A stretch of 46,692 nucleotides of DNA, taken from positions 558,001-604,692 of the forward strand of contig CT868074.1 in assembly GCA_000165425.1 (NCBI GenBank), written 5' to 3'. Made by a program: the position numbers and the translations under genes. Each line of letters starts with the position of its first letter. The stretch's first letter is position 1. Shown in pieces: positions 26,403-38,321 of the stretch. Under the pieces are notes generated by a model. That model had not been told where the DNA came from, ran no database searches, and was given only the letters and a program-made list of their open reading frames with translations. The stretch is from Paramecium tetraurelia. Its lineage: Eukaryota.

Positions 26403-26628
26403 AATAATTATTAAAATTATGATTTATAATTTGAGGAAAATGATTTCTTTATTTATAATTCAAATAATATAAACCAAAGTATCATATATTCACACATAAG
26501 GACAAAATAATTTAGAAACAATTACATTTATTATTTATTAATATACACATATAATGAACAAAAACCTAGAAATAAAGTAACACTATTTACTAATCATAAA
26601 AACAAATAATTTAATTTTTGAATATAAC

Positions 26629-28334
26629 TCATTTAATTACATCTAAAGGAACAATGACTGCAATTATTATCAATAGGAGACAGTATACAACCATATATTT
26701 CTAAGCTTCTGACTTGGCTAAGATAAATCGTTTTAGCCAGCATTAAAATAATAAAAATGCAACAAGTCCACAAACAATTATTATACATACTGCAAAAGTC
26801 TTTGAGTGTTTACTGCTCCTTCTCACTAATCCAGTATCAATATTAATCAAAGATTGAATACCCCAGGTAATTCCCATACAAAGTGATGATTTACATATAG
26901 CTGTCTAAAAGAACGCTTAGGTAAATTTCAATTACAACTCTTCCTTTGCAATATCAATTTAATGGTATGCAAGTTATGTTGAAACCAAAACACCAAGAAA
27001 TATAAATCCCAAAACTTGTATTGGAATACCTGTTCCATCAAATATTTCAAAAATCCACCAATCAATTAAAAAGTATAAACCTGTTACTATTGCTAATGAT
27101 ATTAATAAATCTAATATGATGTTGACATAATCAGCGTCATCTTTTGGTGTTGGAATGAAATGACATATAAGGTGGGCAGGGAAGAACAGAATAAAAAGGA
27201 ATTTATCTAGTCCACCTTTTGGAAGAGTCAATTTTTGCTTTCCACCTTCTTATTCTTGTCTAATATTATTTATTTCTAAATTTACTATTATTATTGTTCT
27301 TATTCTTAATCATTCTCCTACACTCCTTCTTAATCCTTTTAGTGTTCGATAGGTATGTCATTATTTTCCATTAAAGGAATATCCTCATTAATATTTTAAT
27401 GATGTGAGTCTGGAACTGAAGAAGCAGGTTCAATCTTGCTTTTTTTTGAAGGAGGTCCTCTTTATTTAGGCTATTTTTATCATGAATTCCTTACTTTATA
27501 CATATTCAAATAATATTCAACTCTAAATTGTTTCTCTTATTTGACTTAGTTTTTAATGGCAAATATTATAATGTATACTATTTTTTAAAAAATTAACTTC
27601 AATTTTCCACTTTTTTATGAACTTGCTTTATTATTCAGAGCCAACTTCTTTATTAAGGTAGGATCATCAGTTTAAATGTAATTATTGTCTTTCAAATGAG
27701 TGATGGATATTCTTCTCTTCACATAAGTTAAGTGCTATTCACAACTATAGTCTTCATCTTCAGCAGTTAGATCAAACCATTCCATCATCTTAGATTTAAC
27801 ATTTTCACTATTAAAAATGAAGATAATATTTGCAAAGTACACTACCAATAAGATAACTGCCGTTCCAATGTTCAAAAAATCTAGTAAAATACATATGAAT
27901 AGAACAAAGAGTGATAAGATATAAAAAAATGCATCTCTTATTGTTATCCATGTATCTAGCACTCCATGAGAATGAGTAGGATACTTATAAAGAATGTAAG
28001 AGAAAACAAAAAAGATCATAAAGGCATCTGATCCAATAATTGTAGAAACAGCCAAATCTGATTCACTACTAAAGGTTGAGTAAAAGCACAGGATAAGAAA
28101 TTAAATTGAGTTTAAACAACTATACAGGATTGCTTTATATTGTTCTTCGTTTTCATTATCCTATTTAAATTTACAAATCTTTACATCCAAATAATTCATA
28201 AACATCTAAAATAAACTGAGTAAATGTTTCCTGTAGATATAGTATATCATTCCAAAAAAGTAAAGGACTCCAATAACGTAACCAATTATTTCTCCAGGTG
28301 ATTGTTACCTTTCATCAGGAATTAATAATCTCAT
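26629..28334 (-). CDS. Ca2+/cation antiporter (NCKX-like) protein with degenerate alpha repeats
   Basis: Two TM bundles around a hydrophilic loop. SDLAVSTIIGSDAF, WITIRDAFFYILSL, FILFFPAHLICHFIP, GIPIQVLGFIFLG and MGITW follow the NCKX layout. Introns at 28161-28184, 27471-27494 and about 27260-27285. Confidence 0.75.
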
Positions 28335-28356
28335 TTATTATATTTTATAAATAATT

Positions 28357-30551
28357 TCATTATCCAATTTACCCATTAGCTTATAATTCATTTCCTTTTT
28401 ATTCTAAAAAGTCTGCTAAAAAGTTAATTGGATTTTCAGGGTGTTTTTCACATAGAACAACTAATGCCTCAGCTAAATAAGGCACTACATTATCGGCTAA
28501 ATATTATCTAAGAGGTTAGCTTCTTAAATCAAGTTGCTCTTTTTCTTACTGTTTAAATTATTCAAATTTTTATTCATCAGTCAATTTTTATTTTTCCTTT
28601 GAAACACGACTCTCATTTAGAGATTTCTAGAAAATTACAAAATTTTTACATTTAATTAATCTGTCTTTTTCTTCACTCCTAATTATGATTATTAAACTTA
28701 TGATTGAGAAATTGGTATCTTTTTCTCCTACTATTAGTTTGATTCTTATTATTGAGCTGTCTATAATTCTGGAGAAACATCTTCTTAAATAACTTCAATT
28801 TCAATATAGTCTTCTTCTTTTTTTTCTTATAGCACTAAAATGGGACCATTACGAGTAATAAATTCTAAAGCTTAATCAAAAGCAGATTCGGAAAGGTTTA
28901 TTCTTTTAATATCAAATTTTTCGTATTATTATAATAGGGAATCGTTTGATTTTCTAAAATTAACTATCCTTCTACTTACCTGTTCTTCTGTGTATCTAGG
29001 TTGATCGATAATCTATCTTGCTTTCTCCTTCAATTAATCATCTGAATAGTCAAAGTATATAACTCCTTTTGGTTTAATATTTTCAATTACTTAATTGTTC
29101 TCATTCTAAAATAATAGTTCATATTATTCTAAAGTTTTTGGAAAACCATCCAAAACATATCCAAGATTTTATGTATCATTTTACTCAAGTCTCCACTTAT
29201 ATGCTTAGATTAAAATATGATCAGGTAATCTAGGAATAATAGTTGAAGCATCGAATACAGGTTCTGGTTGCCCTTTCGGTACCTTTTTCTTCTTTTTTTC
29301 AGCCTCGAATACTGCTAATGCTTCTGTAACCATCTAATCTTTAACTTACTATAAAGTTGTTTTTAATAATTCCCCTAATTTTGTGGGAGAATCTATTAAA
29401 TCTAATATTAATTTTTTTATCTAAATGTGAGGGATGCGATAATAATTTGATAATTGCTAACTTAAATAAGATTTTCCTGCTGCTGGACCTCCATGAACTA
29501 TTAATTTAATTGTATCTAAGCCACGATATAATTTAAATTGATCTCTTATTTTATAGATATTTTTAGTAAACCCTTCCTGAAATTCCCAATTAACTGATGA
29601 ATTCTTTTGAGCATCATTAATTTGATCATTTGAATCGAAAATTTGAGTTGGCCTCAACCAAACATTCATCTTTAACATCTTCTCTGAGCAATTTGTTACT
29701 GTTTTTGTTTTCCCATTTCCAATACATTTAGCGATGGTAGTAACCAATTTCTTTTAAGTCATATTCTCATAATCCACTGCAAAAATATATTTATCTTGAG
29801 GATTTAGAATTGTAGCTTTCCTCACTATGCTTGCTAAATCATTAACATGAATCATTGGAATAATGTTATTGCCTTCCCCATGTATTGGTAATTCAGCATC
29901 TGGATTCATCCAAACTGTTTTGAAAAGTTCATATAGAATATCTTCTCCATTACCATAAACCAATCCAGGTGTTATTACATATGTGTTTAATTCTTTTTTT
30001 TCACAACCCAAAATTGACTGTTCTAGATGTTTTAATCTCTCAAATGAATTAATTCTTCTTATTGGAAGATCATTTTCAGTAAACCTCTCATACTTCTTAA
30101 ATAATTAGGTTTCATCTTCATTCATAATTGATTATCGAAAAGCAGTTTCTTCTGATTTTTTCTCTTTTAAAGCAGTTGTTGACCAAGTTAATGGATTACT
30201 CACTAAAACAAATGTTTTCTCTGAGTTATAATTACCATATTTTAATAATTTGTAAGCATACTCAGCTTAACAATAATTCTAATGAAAAATGATAATATCA
30301 CAATCTAAGATAACCTAACCTAATTCAGTTGTATCAGCTGCATTTATTAATTTAGTTGCTCCTCTTGGCAGATTTTCCCCATTCCCAACAATAATATTTG
30401 GATTTATATCAGTCTCGTGATCATTTCGAAATTCCTCTACAAGAGCAGAACCAATTAAGGAAGTCATGTCTTCTATAAATATCCTTAATTACTGGCAATT
30501 TTGGGATTTATCTACAGAACCCCTTTCTATAGATCTAGTTTATAAACTCAT
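28357..30551 (-). CDS. AK7: Adenylate kinase 7 (NAD-binding-like + AK + Dpy-30)
   Basis: FVLVSNPLTWS, YVITPGLVYGNGE, GEGNNIIPMIHVNDLA, P-loop HGGPAAGKS, NLGYVLDGFPKT, and the Dpy-30 motif SQPLRQYLADNVVPYLAEAL...PENPINFLADFL. Confidence 0.93.
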
Positions 30552-30992
30552 TTTAATCTAAATATTGATATAATAAAAAATACAATAACAAATTTATCAT
30601 TTCTTAAGAATTAGTTTTGAACTATTCTTATTTTTAATAATAAAATAAAAAGAATCAAGTAGTGAGATTTGCATTCAGATACCTTCTTCTTTTCTCCAAA
30701 TAAGAAAAAGCATCAAAGTTGTCCTCAGATTGTATTTAATTGAAATTTCATTATTCAACCTATCAAGCTATTGACTTTCTCTTCTTTTAAACAAAATAGA
30801 ACTTATTATAAATATTAGAGTTTCTTAATTTAAGGCATCCTGAAACTAAACAAGTAAAGTTAGAAATATTATTTGAATTCTCTCAACATATTTTATCTTA
30901 TATTTGGGTAAGCAGGTATTACATTACTATTATAACACACTTATATTATTATTAAATTAATTATAATCCGTTTTATTAATAAATATACATTC

Positions 30993-32587
30993 ATGATAAA
31001 ATCCATCATTTTGATGTCTTTGCTCTTATTATCCTTTGGGTAGAACATATAAGGAACTTTAGCAACCCACTATGATTTAGATGGCAATTTGATCTCTGAG
31101 GAAGTTCAATAATCTACAGAAGATGATTACTCCTCTCTTAATAGCATGGATTCGTCAATGGATTCCAGCATGAATCTAAACGTTGATGAACAATAAAATT
31201 AATTTTAACTTGATGAGAACCTCAACTCTATGAATTCAATGGATTTAACAGATGATATCGCTCCTCTATAAAGTGGAGAAGTCGATAACAATTAAACAAA
31301 TTTAGTGGAATCAGAATTTGAGATATCTCCAGTTATCAATAAATAGCCAGAAGAAGAATCATCATCTTAGTATTAAGAATATTAGCAATAAGAAAGAGAA
31401 AGGGAAAATTAATTAGCAGAAGTGATGTAAGAGGGTAATAATAATGACAATCAAAATGAAATAACTACTACAGAACAACAGCAAGAAGAATCAACTCAAA
31501 TTTAAACTGATACTTTTTTATAGCCTGTAATTGCATCATAAGAATAAATTATTGATATCTTACAACCTCAAGAAGAATAAGAAATTATCAATTCATTAAA
31601 ATAAAGTGAGGATATCTAAGACTCATTTGTAAATAGTCAAGAGATTCAATCCTCCTTTGATGAAAATGATTCAATGTTATAAAATATTGATCCAAATGAA
31701 ATAAATTCAAACAATTTTATTGCAAATACAGAAACATCAAATAATGATGAAGTAAATTAATAACAGCAACAAGACTTACCTTAAGGAGAATTGAATGTTA
31801 CATAATAAGAAATTCAAAGTAATGAGGATAATTAATTAACCAAATCAGAGCCAGCTGCTGTCGAAAATTAACCCTCAGAATAGGTTTCCAATTAAAACAT
31901 TGAATCACAAACTAATTCAGCTTCTCCTTAAACAAGTATTTAACAAGAATCTATTTCTGAAAAAGGAATAGATCAAGGTGTTGATTAAACCGCTTAAACT
32001 CAAATATTGAATGATAATATAACTCCATCATAATCTGAAATTCAAGAGAATTAAAATAAACAGAATGATATTGAGTCATAATCTTAAACACAAAATAATA
32101 ATGAATCATAATCAAATGGAGAGGAAAAGCATGAATTGTAAAAAATAGAGAATAATATCACTTAAGAACAATAACCAGAAAATTAAGAAAAGCTTAATCA
32201 TTAAAATAATGAAACCTAAAATATAGAAGAATTAAATACTGTAAACATTTAGGATGATATTAAAAATGCTAATGAAATAAAATAAGCAAATTGTATTGTC
32301 ATATATTCTTAATGCGAGTATTAAGGATTTGCATTGGAAGTTTGTAATAGTTTAAAAGAAATAGAGTATTTTATATATTGTTTTACATTTATAGGAAATT
32401 TAAACATGAAATAAAATCTCTCTACATTCCTTAAGGCTATGGACTTACAATTTATGAAAATTAAAACTTTAATGGAAAAAGCCATCGATACACTTCATCT
32501 TAGGCATGTTTGTCAAGTGCAGTTTCTTTAATACAACTTAGGATGGATATTTAGTTGGCTCATTAAAATTTAAGAGGAAACAAATGA
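30993..32587 (+). CDS. Secreted acidic Q/E/N-rich protein with C-terminal beta/gamma-crystallin domain
   Basis: Signal peptide MIKSIILMSLLLLSFG, a long low-complexity region, then NCIVIYSQCEYQGFALEVC...IKSLYIPQGYGLTIYENQNFNGKSHRYTSSQACL. Intron at 32366-32394. Confidence 0.8.
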
Positions 32588-32634
32588 ATAATAAAGCTAA
32601 TATAATATATTATTGAACAAAAAATATGATTATT

Positions 32635-33915
32635 TCATTAGTTTTATTGCTAAAATTACTCTTTTTACTATTAAAATATTTATTATCCAAGTGGCTTTAA
32701 AGAGTCCTCAAAAATAGAATTCAACTATTTAAGATGTTCACCATTTAAACAAGTTACATCAACAAGAGCTGCAGAAACCAAATATGGATCGATATTGGCA
32801 GCTGGTCTTCTATCTTCAAAATATCTAAACTCAAATAAACATATACAATACCCTTATCCTTGTTCTTTAGTGATAATTGGGACCCTAACAGAACAGCCCC
32901 TTGACCCGTCTCCCCAAGTGAATTAGTCATATTTCCCAGTCTCATGTCTACCTGTTAGTCTAAGCTCATTCTTTTGGCCATAAAGCTTAATCATTTCAAG
33001 ATGATTCTCTTTAAGAATAGGCATTAATTTATCTACAATATATCTATATCCTCCTTCAGATCTAGTTGTCAGAGTAGAATAATTGCAATGAGCTCCACTA
33101 CCATTCCAATCGCCTAAAATAGGTTTAGGATCATAGTTAATATCAATTCCAAATTCTTCTCCAATTCTTTCCAAAATATATCTTGCCAGCCACATATGAT
33201 CACCAATTTCAATGCCTTCTGCAATTCCTATTTAAAACTCCCACTATGATGGTGCAACTTCAGCATTCAATCCAGCAATTTTTATTCCAGCATTCAAGCA
33301 TGCTCTCAGATGAGCTTCTGCTAAAGCTCGACCAAAATTATTTCTTTCGCCAATTGAGCAATAGTATCTACCTTAAGTATAGGGAAAACCACCTGTTGGC
33401 CATCCTAAAGGCCATAAATGTGTTGTTCCTGTTCTTTTCAATAAGAAATATTCTTGCTCAATTCCAAACCATGGTTTATGATCTTTGGCTTTCTCCATAA
33501 TTTAATTTGCAATCCATCTTAATAAATGATAAAAGATTGAAATTACCTAAAATTATATCTTGCTGGTGTTTTTTTATCTGGTAGGTATGTTTCACACAAT
33601 ACGAGAATATGAGGATCACCTCTGAAGGGATCCTTTATTACACGAACTGGCTTTAAATAAATTTCAGAAAATCTAGTCACTGCTTAATCAGTTGATGATC
33701 CATCATAAGTCCACCACTCTAAATCTTCAAGTGTTTTGATTTGGGTTTAATATACCTAAAATAATTTTACACGTGTTAATTACTTTTGTTTTTGATCTTA
33801 AAGATTCTCCTGATCCATCAATCCAAATATATTCTGCTAAAACAATTGTATTATTGACAGCTTTTGAAAGTTAGTAATAATTGAAGTCACGTAGATTTTC
33901 AATTGTTTCTGTCAT
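32635..33915 (-). CDS. GLN1: Glutamine synthetase (type II)
   Basis: [70 protein letters not shown] and [14 protein letters not shown]. Three tiny introns, including 32825-32851. Confidence 0.97.
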
Positions 33916-34619
33916 TAAAATTAAAAATAATTGGTACTTTAAAATAAATATGAAATTGTTATCCTTAATTTAAATTTATATAGATTTAGAATTCAATTCC
34001 TTTACATTTCTCATAATCTCTTCTTTCACATAATTTATATGTATAATTTAATCCATTTGGTTTTACTTTATGGCTAAAATCCTTAAACAAATGACAATTC
34101 TAACAATTTGAGAAAATTAATTCTGTATTTTTATTAGTTTTTCTTTAAATGTCTGATCCTAATGAGAGAAGAAATTGTTTATAAATTTTTTTCACTCTCT
34201 TCTATTATCTTTTCTTAATCATGAATGTAACAATAATATTGTATTGAATATGCTATTTAATTAACTAAGCTTCTCTTGAAATCTCAATGTTCAACTAAAA
34301 TTAAAAAGTATCTCTAATTATATCATTATATTTTGACTCTCTTTAGTATCTCATTCCGGTTCATTGATACATAGACATTCTAATTGTTATCATCATAAAG
34401 GTGATTGATTTTTCAAAATTCTAAATCAGTTAAAATACTGTTGGTTTGAGGTGATTCTGTCCATTTTCTGATATTTTTTGAAAAATCGCTGCTTCCTTGT
34501 TAAGGTAAACTATTTTTAAAGTATTCGTTATAAAATTTTCCTATGCTAAAAAAATGATATTATCTCTTGAGAGGTTCCCATTATTTAATAATAAATATTT
34601 TAGAATTAACGAACATACA

Positions 34620-37600
34620 ATGATTGATTAAATCAATCAGCTTAAGGAATAAATAATTACACTTTAGTAAAATGAAAAAGATTACCAGGATTTGAATTTC
34701 CTATTCACCAATTTGGAACATAGATATAATCTGTTAGCAGAAGAAAAGTAGAGAATGGAAATTGATTATAATCGCAGACATGAATTTAATATGCAATCAG
34801 TAGCCAGACACAGAGCAGAGATTGACTAATTGCGAAATGAGTTAATGTCTTGCCAAAACAATCAGGAACAGATGGAATATTTGGTATATGAAAATCAAGC
34901 GCTGACAGATGAAGTTAACAATTTAAGGGATGCTTACACAAAAATAGTGTAATAAATCTAAGAATAAGATGAAAAATATTAAACAACTTTGGCTGCTAAA
35001 CAATAGTACATAGAAAGCTTGTAATTTTAAATTAAATAAATGAATGACATATAGACACACAAAGAAAAAAAGTTTTAAGCAGAAAACGAGAATAAACAAT
35101 AATTTGTAAGTGAAATGGAATCTTATAAGTCATAAAATGAAAAACTTACTGTAGACAATAAGCAATTAATCAAACAGATTGAGCGATTAGAACTTTAAAT
35201 TTAAAATTATAAAGACTAACTTAATCAAATGACATAAGAAATTGGAAAAATGTAGCATTAAATGGGCATGCTAACTAAAGAATTAGGAAATTAAAATGTA
35301 TGTAATTCTACTTATTATAGAAAGTCTCAGCAAAAGAATACTAATTGGATCATGAATTAAAATCTTTAAAGAATATGAACATACAGTTACTTTAAAAAAA
35401 TGAACACCTCCAATAATAAATAGAATAGCTAATACATAATAATTAATAGCTTATCTTAGAATGTGACACGTTAAGAATTAAATTTGCAGAATAAGAAAAC
35501 TCAAAACTAATGGTCTAAAATTAATATGCAAAATCTTTAAATAAATTTTAAGAAGAAAGGAAAGTAATTAAGGATTATTTATGTAAATTAATATGTTATC
35601 ATTAGAACGATAAAAAGTCTTGAGAGAGACTAGATTATAAAACGAAAATGATGTTAGCAAATGCTTAGAAGAAATTACTAGATTAAATAATAAGTGATTG
35701 TTATTATTTATTTTTCAAATTAAAAATATTGAATATTTATGCAATACTAAACATTTAAGCCCACAATTTTGAATGATACGACTAATTAATAATAACAAGG
35801 TACGTTAAGACCAAGCTCTAAATTCATGAATTAAAAAATTGATCATACAAACTTGAACAATGAAAATAAAAAATCTACAGTCTAATATTAGGAAGCTATA
35901 GAATATATCCAAGAAATAGAGGAATAGAAATCTATAATAGAAGGATAAAATTAATTTATTTAGATTTTAAGAAATTCAATAGAAAGTAAATTATAGATTG
36001 AAGGATTTCAAATGATATTAGATTAAGTAGAAATTATGTCAAAAGAATAAAAAATTGATTTATTTGCATTAGTCACATAACTATATTAGGAATTGTCAAT
36101 CTAAAATTAATAAAATGCATAAGTTGATAATTTATAACAATTAGTAGACAATTTAAATAAATAAATTAATTGTTATGCTAAAGAGTTAACAGAATTAAAG
36201 GTAGATAAGTAATATTTGTTGGAATAACTTGATTAATTGTAGGGTGTCACTAAAGATGACGATACTAGCTTATTTAAAGATGCTTAAATATCAAAATTAG
36301 AATCAGAGAATCAGCATTATAAAACTCAGAATCAGAAATTACACTTACAAAATGAAAAATATTAAGATGATTTAGCTTAACTGGAAAAAAGGCTTAATAA
36401 GATTCATTTGAATTTGAAAACTGAGGAATGTGAAAAAGAAGAATTAATTAAAGAATTAGAAAATTTAAAACAAACTTTTTATAAAAGTCAAGTTAAAGAA
36501 GAACATAAATTAGAACTTAATTTGGCTTTAAAAGAATAAGAGTTAGAATTTAGCAACAATAAAATCAAAAGACTAGAGAATCAAATTAAAGAATTAAATG
36601 CATAGATCGAAGAGTAATAAAAATAAATTGGAACATAAAAATATCAAATAGAAAATCTGCAGCAGTAGCATTAATTGCAATATGATTAGTTAGAGATTGA
36701 AATGAATCAATATCGAAATGAAATTCATGAATAATCAATGTTTTGCGAACAATTACAATCATAGTTATAAGCATCAGACTAATATATTTAATAAAGTAAA
36801 TATTTTATTATATATCATTAGTTACTGATGAAATTCGTAAAATTGTAAAAACTAATGACTTCGACATATTCAATATTTTAACATCACTCTAAGAAAATAT
36901 TTCAACTTTAAACCTAAATGAGCAAAGGTTGAAATAAAGCGAACATGAAAAATCTTAAATAATCTTCGATTTATAACATCAATTCACAGACTCCCAATAA
37001 AATAATTAATAATTATCTGAGTAAATATCTTTGTTAAGTGCATAAACTTAGCAATATTAAAGCGACATTAAACAACTAGAAAAATAAAAACGATTATTTC
37101 GATAAGAATTTACTCACATGAAATAATTAGAAGAACAGAAAAATCAAGAAATTAAGGAATTATAAACATAGTTTTACAAATTCGATAAAAAGTTCTCTGA
37201 ATAATTAGAAAGATCCATAAAAATAGAAAAAGAAAATGCTCAATTAAAAGAATAATTGTCGCTATCTTAATAGCAACTAGCAAGTGCGAAAAACCAAGTT
37301 TCAAATAAAAAATCTCTAAGCTTCAGCTAATCATCATTTACAGAATAAAAAATAAAGAATTATGATTACATTGCACTTTTATAAACTGTAAATTACATTT
37401 TTATATAAGTTTGAAAAAGTAAAACCGTTATTTCCTAGTGAGGCTCTTGAATTAGTTTAGGAGATGCACTCTTTACAAAACAAATTAGTGAGAACAGAAG
37501 AAATAGATAGTCAATTAATTTAAGAAGAAATAAAGATATAATAAAAAATATCAATTTAATAACTCAATTTAAAAAATATGTAAGCTTGCTTATCTAAAAT

Positions 37601-37790
37601 AATGTCTGAAAATAAAAAGTTAAAATTAGAAGTACATAAATTTTATTTATTATCAAAGTTATAAATGATTTAACCAATACAGGGTGAGTAAACTTAATCA
37701 TAAGAATGTTTATCGTATGATTAAGGAAGAAGTTTCTCTAGATTTCATAAATAATCAATGTCGGTTCACACAAAACCTAAATTTTAATGA
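34620..37790 (+). CDS. Large coiled-coil protein (about 1000 aa, several tiny introns; boundaries approximate)
   Basis: Q/E/K/N/L-rich heptad-like reading frames joined by GT..AG mini-introns. N-terminus MIDQINQLKEQII...LEHRYNLLAEEKQRME. Confidence 0.6.
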
Positions 37791-38321
37791 TATTAAATAG
37801 AATTATCTTTATTGAATTTTGTGAAAAGAAGAATTTATTCTTAAATTATATTGTTTAATTTAATTATTTGTAAGAAGTCTTAGCAGGCCAAATGGTTTTG
37901 TGTTTAAATAATTATACTTTTGACATGATTGTTTTTTAGGCACCATTCTTTCCTAAACTTAAATTTGATATCAATTAACAGTCTTCGCTTTGAATAAGAC
38001 AATATGAACAATATAAGAATTCAAATAAATTTATAAATCTATAATTGAGGTGGTTTTTTTCATTTACACGTGATTTTTATTACTTAAACATGATCTAATT
38101 AATGAAGTGAATCAGAAATTCCAACTAAAGTTTAAAAAATGATAATTAACCTTATAAGTTTTATCTCCATTTTATTTCAAAAATAATTTATTAGTACCAA
38201 AATTAACAAATCTCCCTAAGTACTCAATTAAATTGGATTTTATTATTAGATATTAATTTATATTTAAATGTAAAATCACACTTATTATTTTATTATTTTT
38301 TATTCCTATTTTTGAATTTGT

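Noticed and set aside
1403..30551. Functional cluster of ciliary/Ca2+ genes (PMCA, LIS1, calcyphosin, RSPH14, NCKX-like, AK7)
   Set aside because: Such genes are abundant in ciliates and are interspersed here with unrelated housekeeping genes. There is no evidence of an organised cluster.
33960..34581. Possible minus-strand gene starting MGTSQ
   Set aside because: All three frames are interrupted by TGA with no convincing intron to rescue them, so I left it uncalled.
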